64,000 bases of DNA from Candidatus Multivoradales bacterium (GTDB lineage Bacteria > Acidobacteriota > Thermoanaerobaculia > Multivoradales > JAHEKO01). The translations under genes were made by a program, and so were the position numbers. Below, piece after piece: positions 27,216-37,029 of this stretch (positions are counted from its first letter, which is position 1; every line of letters begins with the position of its first letter). The DNA lies in NCBI GenBank assembly GCA_965223855.1, contig CBDCXM010000008.1, positions 707,528 through 771,527 on the forward strand. The letters are read 5' to 3'. The notes below the pieces were generated by a model. The model did no database searches and was not told the DNA's origin. It saw only the letters and a program-made list of their open reading frames with translations.

Positions 27216-28415
27216 CTACTGCTCGGAGACCTCGCCCTCCGGGGTCTCGAGAGCGGCGAGTCGCGCCTCGAGGGCGGCGATCGTCTCGTGCTGCTGCAGC
27301 GTGTAGAGCGTCAGCTCCTCGATCTTCTCGAGCAGCTTCATCTGCATCTTGGAGACGCTGATCGGGCCGACGAGCTCCTCGGCCGAGGGGACGTTGGGCA
27401 GGTGCCCGTTCTCGTCGATGAACGCCTCGACCTCGTCGAGCGGCAGCAGGTCGTAGTCGTCCTCGAACACGTAGTCGGGAGCGCACGGCATGGTCTGCGC
27501 GACACAGGTCGCGGAGTAGACCTCGCCGGGAACGACAAGGTCACCGTCGGTCTCGAACGAGAACACCGGCCCGCCGGTGTTGATGAAGGCGAAGTTGCCG
27601 GTGCCGTTGAGCACATCGAAGTTCCAGACCGACGGCACGGAGTTGTTGACCATCTCGAGGCGCGGTCGGGCGCCGCTCTCGAGGCTCAGCAGCTGTGTCG
27701 TTCCAGCTGTGTCCGTCGTCTCGATGTGGAGGCCGTCTGCGGCGTCGTTGTAGAGGATGTGCATGTTGGAGTCCGGACTGAACGTTCCGACACCGATGTC
27801 TCCCGTGTTCTGCTCGATGGTCAGCGACTCCGACGGTGCGCTCAGACCGATCCGAAACGGCAGGGTCGATCCGTTCGTCGCGTCCCGGATGAAGAACCCG
27901 GCCTCGTTGCCCGCCACGTCCCAGGTCTGTGGCGAGAAGCCGGACGTTCCGTCCTGCTGCAGGCGCAAGGTGGGGGTGTTGCCGTCCTTGACCTCGATCT
28001 CCACGACCGGCGTCGTCGTACCCTGACCCCACTCACCCTGGCTGTCGATCACCATGGAGTTCGCTGGAGCCCCGGCGAACACCCGGAACAGGAAACGTCC
28101 GGCGCTCGCGTCCTCGATCGAGAAGTGGTTGGCACCCCCGTTGGTCGAGTCGTTCGCCGTGAGGCGCCAGTCGTTCGGCGGGAAGCTGGCCGAGTTCGAC
28201 GTATCCAGGAAGTGGAACCTGACGTTGTTCTCCTTCACTCGGATGGTGTCGGAGCCGAAGGACTCGCCGTTGACGCAGTCGAGGCCTACGCACATCGAGC
28301 CGTCGATGATGCAGTCGTCGAGGATGACGTGGTCGGCGGCCGCGGGCATGCCGACGAAGGCAATCGCTCCCAGGAGGAGCGTCACCGTCCCGGCAGTAGC
28401 GTTGAACTTGATCAT
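27216..28415 (-). CDS. Secreted tail-fibre-like protein with C-terminal chaperone-like coiled coil
   Basis: Signal peptide ending PAAA; beta-rich body; C-terminal PDYVF..L.PLDEVEAFI..NGHLPNVPSA...LLEKIEELTLY, reminiscent of S74/ICA-like tail-fibre ends. Confidence 0.7.
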   Translation of the reverse strand: MIKFNATAGTVTLLLGAIAFVGMPAAADHVILDDCIIDGSMCVGLDCVNGESFGSDTIRVKENNVRFHFLDTSNSASFPPNDWRLTANDSTNGGANHFSIEDASAGRFLFRVFAGAPANSMVIDSQGEWGQGTTTPVVEIEVKDGNTPTLRLQQDGTSGFSPQTWDVAGNEAGFFIRDATNGSTLPFRIGLSAPSESLTIEQNTGDIGVGTFSPDSNMHILYNDAADGLHIETTDTAGTTQLLSLESGARPRLEMVNNSVPSVWNFDVLNGTGNFAFINTGGPVFSFETDGDLVVPGEVYSATCVAQTMPCAPDYVFEDDYDLLPLDEVEAFIDENGHLPNVPSAEELVGPISVSKMQMKLLEKIEELTLYTLQQHETIAALEARLAALETPEGEVSEQ

Positions 28416-28431
28416 CGTCTCTCTCCCTGGC

Positions 28432-28908
28432 TCAGGCTTCGTCACGAGGGCCGCGCTGAGCCTCGACGAGGCTCGGATCGACGACAGCGCCATTGAGGAT
28501 GGTGAAGCTTCCGGAGAAGACCCGCGGCTCGAAGTCGATCCGGTTCGTCTCGACATGCTCGGCGGAGTCGCGTCCGTTCTCCGGATCGCGAACCCGGTCG
28601 TTCACCGGCTCGCGCACGCCGGACAACTCCCACTGATAGGTGCCGTCGGGCAGTGCCGCGCCCTCACGGTCGAAGAGGCTGAAGACAGGCGACTCGCCGG
28701 CCGCGAACTCCGCAGTCTCGTGGATGTCGCCGCCGGCGACCACGAGCGACCAGCGGCCGTCGAAAGACTCCATCGACCAGGCGACCTCGCTGCCGAAAGC
28801 CGACATCCTCGCGCCCGCATCCTCGGCTGGTGCGGCACCCGCGGCGAGCGCGAGCATCAGCGCCGCCGACCATGCCATCGGGAACTTCCTCTTCGGATCG
28901 ACCATCAC
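28432..28908 (-). CDS. Small secreted hypothetical protein upstream of the fibre-like gene
   Basis: AGGAG RBS; signal peptide; LPDGTYQWEL beta-sandwich-like segment; 16 nt from the next gene. Confidence 0.75.
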   Translation of the reverse strand: MMVDPKRKFPMAWSAALMLALAAGAAPAEDAGARMSAFGSEVAWSMESFDGRWSLVVAGGDIHETAEFAAGESPVFSLFDREGAALPDGTYQWELSGVREPVNDRVRDPENGRDSAEHVETNRIDFEPRVFSGSFTILNGAVVDPSLVEAQRGPRDEA

Positions 28909-29015
28909 TCTCTCCTATCGGTTGTGCGGGCCACGGGTCTATCGCGCCGGATCGACGTGTACACCCATTCGATTTCGAGAACTATGCGCAGAGTATACCG
29001 CCCGCCCGGCGGCAG

Positions 29016-29903
29016 CTAGCTGCTGTCGGCCGCAGGGCGCGCGCGGGGCCACAAAGCCCGCTCGGTGACCGGCCGCCCTGCCGGAACCCGGCACGGCGAC
29101 GATTCGAACCAGCCCTGTGCCTCGTAGGCCCTCTCCAACTCCGCCTCCGGGCGCTCGAACTCGAGCGACTGCTCGATCATGAACTTCTGCATCTCGAGCG
29201 CTCCCTCGCAGTCTCCCGACTCCGCGCGGGCTGCCGCCAGCAGCTCCACCGCGCCGATGCTGCGCCGCTCCACGAACAACTGCTGGGACAGCTCCAGGGC
29301 CCGCGCCCCGTCCCGCAGCTCGGGGTCGGGGGACGAGGAGAGCATCCAGGCGAGTCCGTAGCGCAGTCCGCGGCTTTCGGGGAACTGCTCGAGCGATCCC
29401 TCGAGCAGGGCCAGCGCATCGCCGAAGCGGCCGCTACCGACGAGAGCCTCCGCCAGTCCGATGGCGCCGTTCTCGTCACCCGGTGCCAGGGCTCGAACAA
29501 GCTGATAGTGCTCGAGCGCATCGGGCCACTCGGCGAGAGAGCGATGGACCTCGCCCAGGGCGTAGTGCCCCGCCGGATCGCGCGGCGCCAGCTCGACCGC
29601 CTGCTCGAGGTGAGGCCGCGCCTCCTCCAACCGTTCGAGAGTTGCCAGCAGCGTGCCGAGACGCAGGTAGAGAAGCGGTTGCTCAGGGGCGAGAGCGATC
29701 GCCTCCGTGTAGGCCTCGATGGCGTCGTCGTGACGCTCGAGATCGCGGAACGCCTCCGCCAGCCGCAACTGCAGTTCGGCCGGCGACTCCTCGGCGGAGT
29801 CCTGGGCGGCAGAGTCCTGGGCGGCAAGGGGGGTCGCTGACTGGAAGACGCTGCAGAGCAGCACGGCGGCGGCGAGTCCGAGGAGGAAGTTGCGCATCCG
29901 CAT
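29016..29903 (-). CDS. Secreted tetratricopeptide-repeat protein
   Basis: Signal peptide; repeated TPR helices (AIEAYTEAIALAP, LEQAVELAP); LAWMLSSSPDPELRDGARALEL. Confidence 0.85.
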   Translation of the reverse strand: MRMRNFLLGLAAAVLLCSVFQSATPLAAQDSAAQDSAEESPAELQLRLAEAFRDLERHDDAIEAYTEAIALAPEQPLLYLRLGTLLATLERLEEARPHLEQAVELAPRDPAGHYALGEVHRSLAEWPDALEHYQLVRALAPGDENGAIGLAEALVGSGRFGDALALLEGSLEQFPESRGLRYGLAWMLSSSPDPELRDGARALELSQQLFVERRSIGAVELLAAARAESGDCEGALEMQKFMIEQSLEFERPEAELERAYEAQGWFESSPCRVPAGRPVTERALWPRARPAADSS

Positions 29904-29926
29904 AGCCTACCTCTCGCGAGATCCGT

Positions 29927-29999
29927 TCCAACAAGTGCGCTCCAACAAGTGCCACACGAATCTGCTCCAACAAGTGCTCCAACAAGTGCCACACGAATC
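29927..29999. repeat. Tandem TCCAACAAGTGC x4, two extended by CACACGAATC
   Basis: 12-mers at 29927, 29941, 29966, 29978; 22-mers at 29941-29962 and 29978-29999. Confidence 0.9.
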
Positions 30000-30035
30000 C
30001 GTGAGAACTCCGTGCGGCTCTCCGTCTAGGAGGGC

Positions 30036-30938
30036 ATGGGACGAAAGCTACGGTACCTGCCCTCAGAAGCCCTCGTAGAAGTCACCTGCCGCGTGATCCA
30101 GCGGCGCTTCCTCCTGCGCCCGTCTCCGGTGCTCAACGAGATCATCCTCGGTACTCTGGCCCGTGGCCAGAGGCGTTACGGAATGAGGGTGTGCGGGTTC
30201 GTCTACCTGTCGAACCACTGCCATCTACTGCTCTATCCAACCGATGCCAAACAGCTCGCCGACTTCATGCGCTATGTCAACTCGAAGATCGCCCGCGAAG
30301 TCGGGCGGCTCCATGACTGGAGAGAGAAGGTCTGGGGCCGGCGCTACGTGGACATCGAGGTCTCCGAGGAGCCCGAGGCACAGATCCGTCGCCTTCGCTA
30401 CCTGCTCAGTCAAGGGGTCAAGGAAGGCCTCGTCGCGTCGCCGAGGCACTGGCCAGGGGCGTCGTCCACGAAGGCACTGCTTCAAGGCGAGGAGCTCGAA
30501 GGTGTTTGGATCGACCGCACGATGCAGTTCAAGGCCTACGAGCGAGGTGAGCCCAATCCGGATGCACTCTTCACCTCCAGCGAACGCATCGAGCTCTCGC
30601 CATTACCCTGCTGGGAGCACGAACCTGAGAACCACTGGCGCTCGGAAGTCCGGCGGATGGTGAGAGAGATCGAGGAAGAAGCTCCCGAGGACATCTTGGG
30701 GAAACAAGCGATCCTCGCCCAGCACCCTCACGATCGCCCGACTTCACCCGAGAACCGCACGCCTGCCCCCCGGTTCCATGCGATCGAGGGAAGTGTGCGC
30801 CGGGCGCTCGAGGCCGGCTATGCCCTCGTGGTCCTCGCCTACCGGCAGGCGGCAGAGGACCTCAAGCGAGGCAGGGTCGCCGACTTCCCCACAGGGTGCT
30901 TCAGGCCGGGGCTCGGCTTCGTGCCGCTCAGGACGTAG
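30036..30938 (+). CDS. RAYT/IS200-like Y1 HUH transposase
   Basis: AGGAGG RBS; VTCR..RRFLLRP; YLSNHCHLLL (HUH); WGRRY; LRYL...VKEGLV..P..WPG. Confidence 0.9.
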   Translation: MGRKLRYLPSEALVEVTCRVIQRRFLLRPSPVLNEIILGTLARGQRRYGMRVCGFVYLSNHCHLLLYPTDAKQLADFMRYVNSKIAREVGRLHDWREKVWGRRYVDIEVSEEPEAQIRRLRYLLSQGVKEGLVASPRHWPGASSTKALLQGEELEGVWIDRTMQFKAYERGEPNPDALFTSSERIELSPLPCWEHEPENHWRSEVRRMVREIEEEAPEDILGKQAILAQHPHDRPTSPENRTPAPRFHAIEGSVRRALEAGYALVVLAYRQAAEDLKRGRVADFPTGCFRPGLGFVPLRT

Positions 30939-31170
30939 GACCCCTCAGAACGCAGCTCGAACTCACCGGCGAGAGCCGGATGGCAGAGCTGTACCTGCCT
31001 GCCGCCAATTTGCCGTGCCCCGGCAGGGCCTAGCATGCAACCGAGCCCACAACTGCGCGAAGGAGCTCTCGGGTGCGCTTCTTCAGACGAGCATCACCAA
31101 GGCCAGGAGCAGAAGTCCTGCCTCAGACACGCCCAACGAACTCTTCCCAAGAATCGTGTGGCACCTATTA

Positions 31171-31630
31171 AGGGGCGCGAAACCGCCGCCAACGCCTTCT
31201 CCCCCCCCGTCGCCTCGTCACTCCGCAGCGTGTTGAAGTCCTCGATCACGCCGGCAAACGTCGCCGCCAGATCCCCTCCCTTGATCGCGAACTTCGCCCC
31301 CGACTTGACGAGCTTGAACAGCACCCGGCCGTCCGGATCGACCGTCGCCATCGGATCGTTGCCGCCGTAGATGTAGCGATTCCACGACTGCGGCTCCCCA
31401 AGCCGAAAGCTCTGCTTCGCCGGATCCACCTCCAAAAACCGCCCCGCCCAAGGCTGGTAATACCTGGCGTGCATGTAATCCAGATCCGAAACCTCTGAAT
31501 CCCCGAAGTCCCGCTCGTGCCCGGTGAACTTCACCCTCTCGGCGTCCTGCCCTCGCGGCGTCGCCTCCTCCCCGAACGGGAAGTACTGGTGGTAGGCGAC
31601 CCTCTCTCCGTTCCCGACCCTTGCTACTCA
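31171..31630 (-). pseudogene. Orphan RHS repeat-associated core fragment with truncated C-terminal domain
   Basis: YHQYFPFGEE..KFTGHERD..DLDYMHARYY..GRFLEVDP..WNRYIY..NDP...DPDG; in-frame stop upstream; toxin region cut at the inverted repeat. Confidence 0.85.
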
Positions 31631-31698
31631 CCTGGAACCCCCCGAGGCCTAGCGCGCCCAGGAAGTCGATCGGCAGGCGACCGCTAGACTCGACCGCG

Positions 31699-32991
31699 AT
31701 GAGCTCCACCCCCCCAGTCCGCCGCCGCGAGATCGCCTCGTGGGCGATGTTCGACTTCGCCAACTCGAGCTACACCACCGTCATCGTCACGGTGGCGTTC
31801 AGCGTCTTCTTCACCAGCGCGATCGCGCCGGGCGACAAGGCGGACCTGCTGTGGGGAATCGCGCTCGGGGCGTCCAACCTGATCGTGCTGCTGACGGCAC
31901 CGCTCATCGGCGCGGCGGCCGACGACGCCGGGCGCAAGAAGGTGTTCCTGGTGGCGACGTGGGCGTTGTGCGTGATGGCAACGGCGGCGCTCTACTTCGC
32001 GGTGCCCGGGCGGGTGGCGCTGGCGATGGGGCTCTTCGTCGCCTCGAACGTCGCCTTCGCGCTGGGGGAAAACCTGATCGGCGCCTTCCTGCCGGAGATC
32101 TCCACACCGAAGAACGCCGGGCGCATCTCCGGCTTCGGCTGGGGGCTCGGCTACCTGGGCGGCCTCGGATCGCTGCTGCTGATCCGTCCGTTGATGGCGG
32201 ACGGGCTCGACGCCGGCAACCTCGACCGGGTGCGGTGGATCTGGCCGATCACCGCGGTCTTCTTTTCTGTCGCCGCCCTGCCGACCTTCTTCTGGCTGCG
32301 CGAGCGGGCGCGGCGCACGCCATGGGAGGGGCTCGCCACCTACGCCCGCCGTGGCTTCCGGCGTCTCGGCGAGACGAAGCGCTCGATCGCCCACTTCCGC
32401 GAGCTGGCGCGCTTCCTGACCGTCTTCTTCGTCTACTCGATCGGCTTCACGATCGCGATCTCGTTCAGCGGCATCTTCGCCCGCACCACGCTCGGCTTCA
32501 CCGCCAATGAACTGGTGCTGCTGTTTCTCATCCTCCAGATCGCCTCGGCGCTCGGGGCGGTCGGCTTCGGCTGGCTGCAGGATCGGCTCGGCTCGCGCCG
32601 CGCACTTCAGCTCTCACTTGCGTTGTGGATCCTGGTCGGCCTCGGCTCGGCGGCGTGCCAGACCAAGACGCAGTTCTTCGTCATCGGGCTCGCCGCCGGC
32701 GCCGGCATCGGCTCGCTGCAGGCGACCTCTCGAGGGGTCGTCGCGCTCTTCTCACCCCGCTCCAAGAGCGGCGAGTTCTTCGGCTTCTGGGGTCTGGCGC
32801 TGCGCGCCGCCTTCGCCCTCGGACCGCTGCTGTTCGGGGCGGTCTCCGCAGCGACCGGTTCTCAGAGAATCGCGGTGCTCGTCGCCACGGCGGCGTTCGC
32901 CTTCGGCCTCTTCGGCCTCAGGTGGGTCGATACCGACGCCGGAATCCGCGCCGCCGAGCGCTGGGACCAGAGCGCCGCTTCCGACGGCTGA
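31699..32991 (+). CDS. MFS transporter, UMF1/ATG22-like
   Basis: SWAMFDFANSSY, GRISGFGWGLGYLGG, SGEFFGFW; about 12 TM helices. Confidence 0.92.
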   Translation: MSSTPPVRRREIASWAMFDFANSSYTTVIVTVAFSVFFTSAIAPGDKADLLWGIALGASNLIVLLTAPLIGAAADDAGRKKVFLVATWALCVMATAALYFAVPGRVALAMGLFVASNVAFALGENLIGAFLPEISTPKNAGRISGFGWGLGYLGGLGSLLLIRPLMADGLDAGNLDRVRWIWPITAVFFSVAALPTFFWLRERARRTPWEGLATYARRGFRRLGETKRSIAHFRELARFLTVFFVYSIGFTIAISFSGIFARTTLGFTANELVLLFLILQIASALGAVGFGWLQDRLGSRRALQLSLALWILVGLGSAACQTKTQFFVIGLAAGAGIGSLQATSRGVVALFSPRSKSGEFFGFWGLALRAAFALGPLLFGAVSAATGSQRIAVLVATAAFAFGLFGLRWVDTDAGIRAAERWDQSAASDG

Positions 32992-33015
32992 TCGCGGCCT
33001 CGGCCCCTAGGCCTC

Positions 33016-33945
33016 CTACTCCGCTCCGCTGCCGTCCTCGCCCAGCCTGAAGAAGCGCTGGGTCGGGTAGGCGAACTCCAGCGCCTCGGTGCCGGCGAAC
33101 GCCTCGAGGATGTCCTCCCACACGGCCTCGTTGATGCCGCGCCGCCGTCGGGGGTCGCACAGGAACCGCAGGGTCAGCATCACTCCCGAGTCCTTCACCG
33201 ACGTGTAGACGATCGGCTCGACCTTCGAATAGACGATCGGGAACCTCCTCGCGGCCCGGGCGATCTCGTGCCTGGCACCGTCGGCGAAGCCGGCCGCGTG
33301 CCGGACGGCGATCTCCTGCAGTACCCGCTTGCCGAGCCTCCAGTCGCTCTCGAAGGTCACCAGCACGGGGATCTCGTGCCAGATGTAGCTGAACCCCTTG
33401 GTGTAGCTGGCCAGAGAGTCGGAGAAGACCGTGCCGTTCGGCACATGGATGATCCGGCCGGTGCTTTGGTCCGCATCGACCCAGTTGCCGATCTCGAGCA
33501 GGGTGAACTGGAAGATCCTCAGGTCGATCACGTCGCCGGATCGCCCGGCGATCTCGATGCGGTCGCCCACCTCGAAAGGCCGCCGCCAGAGGATGAACGC
33601 CCAGCCGGCCAGATTCACCAGTGGCGTCTGGAGCGCGATGGCCAGGCCGGCCGAGAGCAGCCCGAAGTAGGTCGCCGCGGGGCCGAGCCCCTGGAACCAC
33701 ACCCTCCAGAGCACCAGCGCCAGAACGAAGAACGAGAAGTAGAGCGACGCCTTCTTCCACCGGTAGTGCACACGCGGGTCCGACGTGCGGCGCCGCACCA
33801 GCACCAGCAGGAGAAGTCGCAGCAGCAACAGGGCGAGGAAGCTGCCGATGGAGACGTACAGCTTCCACTGCAGCTCGGCCTCGAGCCCGAGCGCACCCTC
33901 GACCCACTCCGCCAACGACTGCAGGGCGGCACTCACCGCGCCCAC
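33016..33945 (-). CDS. Small-conductance mechanosensitive channel (MscS family)
   Basis: GLLSAGLAIALQ..NLAGW...RPFEVGDRIEI..GDV; IHVPNG. Confidence 0.92.
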   Translation of the reverse strand: MGAVSAALQSLAEWVEGALGLEAELQWKLYVSIGSFLALLLLRLLLLVLVRRRTSDPRVHYRWKKASLYFSFFVLALVLWRVWFQGLGPAATYFGLLSAGLAIALQTPLVNLAGWAFILWRRPFEVGDRIEIAGRSGDVIDLRIFQFTLLEIGNWVDADQSTGRIIHVPNGTVFSDSLASYTKGFSYIWHEIPVLVTFESDWRLGKRVLQEIAVRHAAGFADGARHEIARAARRFPIVYSKVEPIVYTSVKDSGVMLTLRFLCDPRRRRGINEAVWEDILEAFAGTEALEFAYPTQRFFRLGEDGSGAE

Positions 33946-33975
33946 CGCTCGGTCGGTCCGGATCGAGGCGAACGG

Positions 33976-34476
33976 CTAATCCGAAGCCTCGGCTTCGATC
34001 AGCTGGCGGTAGCCGCGGTTCCAGTAGATCAGCGGCGCGCCGTCGGCGTTCGGGCACTCGCTCGCCTGCACCTCGCCGATGTAGATCGTGTGGGTGCCGG
34101 CCGAATGGCGGGTGTAGATGGTGCAGTCGAGCCAGGCGAGCGCGTCGCCGAGCACCGGCGCGCCGGTCGCCGCCGTCTTCCAGTTGCCCTCGGCGAACCG
34201 GTCCTCGGTCTTGACCCAGGCGAAGCGGTTCGAGAGCTCCTCCTGCCCCTGAGCGAGGATGTTGACGGCGAACACCGCCCCCTCCTGCTCGAGCATCTCG
34301 TAGCCGCTGTGGCGGTGGTCGATCATCACGCACACGAGCGGCGGATCCGGCGAGACGGATGCGAAGGCGGAGACGGTCAGACCGTGAACCCGGTCCCCCG
34401 CCTTGATGGTGACGATGGTGACGCCGGACGGAAAGTGACGCAGGGCGTCCCGGTACGCTTCGGATGCAACGCTCAT
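33976..34476 (-). CDS. Flavin reductase family protein
   Basis: RHFPSGVTIVT, GLTVSAFASVS.DPPLV, FAVNIL, GTHTIYIGEV. Confidence 0.93.
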   Translation of the reverse strand: MSVASEAYRDALRHFPSGVTIVTIKAGDRVHGLTVSAFASVSPDPPLVCVMIDHRHSGYEMLEQEGAVFAVNILAQGQEELSNRFAWVKTEDRFAEGNWKTAATGAPVLGDALAWLDCTIYTRHSAGTHTIYIGEVQASECPNADGAPLIYWNRGYRQLIEAEASD

Positions 34477-34504
34477 CTCTGTCTCCTCCGACGCCGCGGG
34501 CCGT

Positions 34505-35740
34505 CTATGCGGGCGCCAGCGCTGGTTCGAGTGCGGGGTAGCGCGTCTCGACGTAGTCGTCGATGATGGCGCGGAAGCCCTCGGAGAGCTCCTCGTAGGT
34601 GCCCTTGAGGCTCGTGAACTCCTGGCCGTCGATGTAGACCGGGCACAGCGGCTCCTCCCCGGTCCCCGGCAGACTGATGCCGATGTTGGCGGCCTTCGAC
34701 TCGCCGGGGCCGTTGACGACGCACCCCATCACCGCGACGGTCATCGTCTCGACCCCTTCGTAGCGCTGCTTCCACTCCGGCATCCGCTCGCGGACGTAGC
34801 CCTCGACCCGCTCGGCGAGTTCCTGGAAGGTGGTGCTGGTCGTGCGGCCGCAGCCGGGACAGGCGGTGATGCTCGGCATGAACGAGCGAAGCCCGAGCGA
34901 CTGGAGCAGCTCGATGCAGGCATAGACTTCTTCGCGCCGGTCGCCACCGGGACGCGGGGTCAGCGAGATTCGGATCGTGTCGCCGATCCCCTCCTCGAGC
35001 AGAACCCCCATCGCCGACGCCGACCACACCAGCCCCTTGATCCCCATCCCCGCCTCGGTGAGGCCGAGATGAAGCGGCTGATTCGTCTGCCGGGAAAGCT
35101 CGCGGTAGGTGGCGATCAGATCGACCGGCCGCGACACCTTGCACGAGATGATGACCTTGTCCTCGGCGAGGCCGCAGTCGAGCGCCAGCGCCGTCGAGTC
35201 GAGCGCGGAGAGGATCATGCACTCGTTGTAGATCTCCTCGGGCGTCTTGCCGAGGTCGCGGTCGGTGTTCTCCTCCATCTTCGCCATCACCAGCTCCTGG
35301 TTGAGGGAGCCCGCGTTGACGCCGATCCGTACCGGCTTGTCGTGCTCGGCGGCGATCCTGACGATGGTGGCGAAGTTCTCGTCGCGCCCCCGACCGGCGC
35401 CGACGTTGCCGGGGTTGATGCGGTACTTGTCGAGCGCCCGCGCGCAGTCGGGGAAGTCCGAGAGCAGCCGGTGACCGTTGTAGTGGAAGTCGCCGACGAT
35501 CGGCACCGTGCACCCGCGGTCGAGCAGCCGCTTCTTGATCTCGGGCACCGCGCGCGCCGCCTCCGGCACGTTGACGGTCCAGCGCACCAGCTCCGAACCG
35601 GCCTCGGCGAGTTCGAGCGTCTGCTGAAGGGTCGATTCGACGTCGGCGGTATCGGTGTTCGACATCGACTGCACCACGATCGGGGCATCGCCGCCGACCG
35701 TGACATCGCCGACGCGCACGGGAATCGTGGAGCGAGCCAT
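34505..35740 (-). CDS. ispG: (E)-4-hydroxy-3-methylbut-2-enyl-diphosphate synthase
   Basis: [50 protein letters not shown]. Confidence 0.97.
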   Translation of the reverse strand: MARSTIPVRVGDVTVGGDAPIVVQSMSNTDTADVESTLQQTLELAEAGSELVRWTVNVPEAARAVPEIKKRLLDRGCTVPIVGDFHYNGHRLLSDFPDCARALDKYRINPGNVGAGRGRDENFATIVRIAAEHDKPVRIGVNAGSLNQELVMAKMEENTDRDLGKTPEEIYNECMILSALDSTALALDCGLAEDKVIISCKVSRPVDLIATYRELSRQTNQPLHLGLTEAGMGIKGLVWSASAMGVLLEEGIGDTIRISLTPRPGGDRREEVYACIELLQSLGLRSFMPSITACPGCGRTTSTTFQELAERVEGYVRERMPEWKQRYEGVETMTVAVMGCVVNGPGESKAANIGISLPGTGEEPLCPVYIDGQEFTSLKGTYEELSEGFRAIIDDYVETRYPALEPALAPA

Positions 35741-35949
35741 GACCTGCAAACTCTACCAATCGGCGCCACGACTTGCGACCGCAACCCGTCTCCCCGGCAG
35801 CGGTGGCATGGAATCTCTCTCCGCGGCCGTCCGTAGTGTAGAGTCGGCAGCCACGCGATCGGCCCTTCAAGTCCCCGCGAAGCCCGCGAACAACGGCCTC
35901 GCTCCCGAGACAGCACCGCCCGAGACTGGGAACGCCCCGACAGAGACGA

Positions 35950-37011
35950 ATGACCCCTCCCGCGGAATTCACCCTCGAGCTCGCCCCCGCGAGCCGTTGC
36001 GACGCGATCGACGTCGCCGCGCGCCTGCGTCGCGAGATCGGTGACACGCTGGGCGCCTACAAGAGGGCGATCTACTGCTCGCATCACACCACCGCGGGTT
36101 TCCTCGATCGCCGTCTCGGCCGGCGGCTCGCGAAGCGCGAGGATCTGTTCGACTTCATCGGTGCGTTCCAGAAGCTGTTCCCGGAAGAAGGGGGCTACGA
36201 GCACGACAAGCTCGACAAGCGCATCGAGCTCTCCGAGGAGCAGCGCAAGGTCGAGCCGCGCAACGCCGACTCCCACCTCACCTTCATGAGCTCAGGGCTG
36301 TCGAACTGCGTGACCTGCGACGCCCAGGAGGACGGTCCGGTCTATCTCGTCGATCTCGACGGCGTCTGGGAGCACGGCCGGCGCCGGCGCAAGACCTCCG
36401 TCATCGCCTATCGCGAGGAAGTCACGGAAGCGAAGCTCGACCTCGAGATCGGCGCGGGCGACCACTCGCTCGAATCGATCAACCTCTTCGACCCGGCGCT
36501 CGGCGTCACCGAGCAGCTCGACGAGTTCGTCAGCCGACACGGCGTCGGCAAGGGGCGGCTCGATCTGGCGCTCGCCGAGGACGAAAGCGGCGCCAGCGTC
36601 ACCGTCAACGAGTACGAGACCCTCCTCATGCAGCACGACCTGCGTGAGGTGCTGCGCAACCCGCTCAGGTTCATGCGCGAAAAGGGCCTCAACATGCTGC
36701 GCGACCCACGCGCCGTGCCGGGCAAGACGCTGACCTATGCGCAGTACGACCTCGTCCACCTCCTCAACGAGATCATGGACGCCGTCGGCGCCACCGAGTC
36801 GCTCCTCGAGCGCCTCGTCGCGCGGCTGGTCGCACTGCCCGCCTCCCGCCTGCTGGGCGTCAAGCGTGAGGTGAGCCTCGTCGTGAGCGAGTCCGACAAC
36901 GGCGCCAGCCCGATCGTCCGCGGCACCTACCAGAGCCCGATCCTCGTCCAGTGGCGCCGGCCCGACGGCGGACGTCGACGGCTGACGGCTTCGCTCGTCA
37001 GCTTCCACTAG
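35950..37011 (+). CDS. Hypothetical protein with two YjbQ/UPF0047-like halves
   Basis: HHTTAG, YEHD, NADSHL, DLDG in the first half; VTVNE, RGTYQS in the second. Confidence 0.6.
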   Translation: MTPPAEFTLELAPASRCDAIDVAARLRREIGDTLGAYKRAIYCSHHTTAGFLDRRLGRRLAKREDLFDFIGAFQKLFPEEGGYEHDKLDKRIELSEEQRKVEPRNADSHLTFMSSGLSNCVTCDAQEDGPVYLVDLDGVWEHGRRRRKTSVIAYREEVTEAKLDLEIGAGDHSLESINLFDPALGVTEQLDEFVSRHGVGKGRLDLALAEDESGASVTVNEYETLLMQHDLREVLRNPLRFMREKGLNMLRDPRAVPGKTLTYAQYDLVHLLNEIMDAVGATESLLERLVARLVALPASRLLGVKREVSLVVSESDNGASPIVRGTYQSPILVQWRRPDGGRRRLTASLVSFH

Positions 37012-37029
37012 CCCCGCCTGCCGCCGAAC

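Larger units (their letters stand above)
29927..31170 (+). mobile_element. HUH-transposase element bounded by inverted repeats
   Basis: Left AACAAGTGCCACACGAATC copies and inverted right GAATCGTGTGGCACCTATT (31151-31169) flank the transposase; the right end abuts a truncated RHS gene. Confidence 0.65.

Noticed and set aside
29927-29999. Possible mini CRISPR array
   Set aside because: Repeats are 12-22 bp with 0-13 nt between them, there are no unique spacers and no cas genes; better explained as transposon-end stutter.
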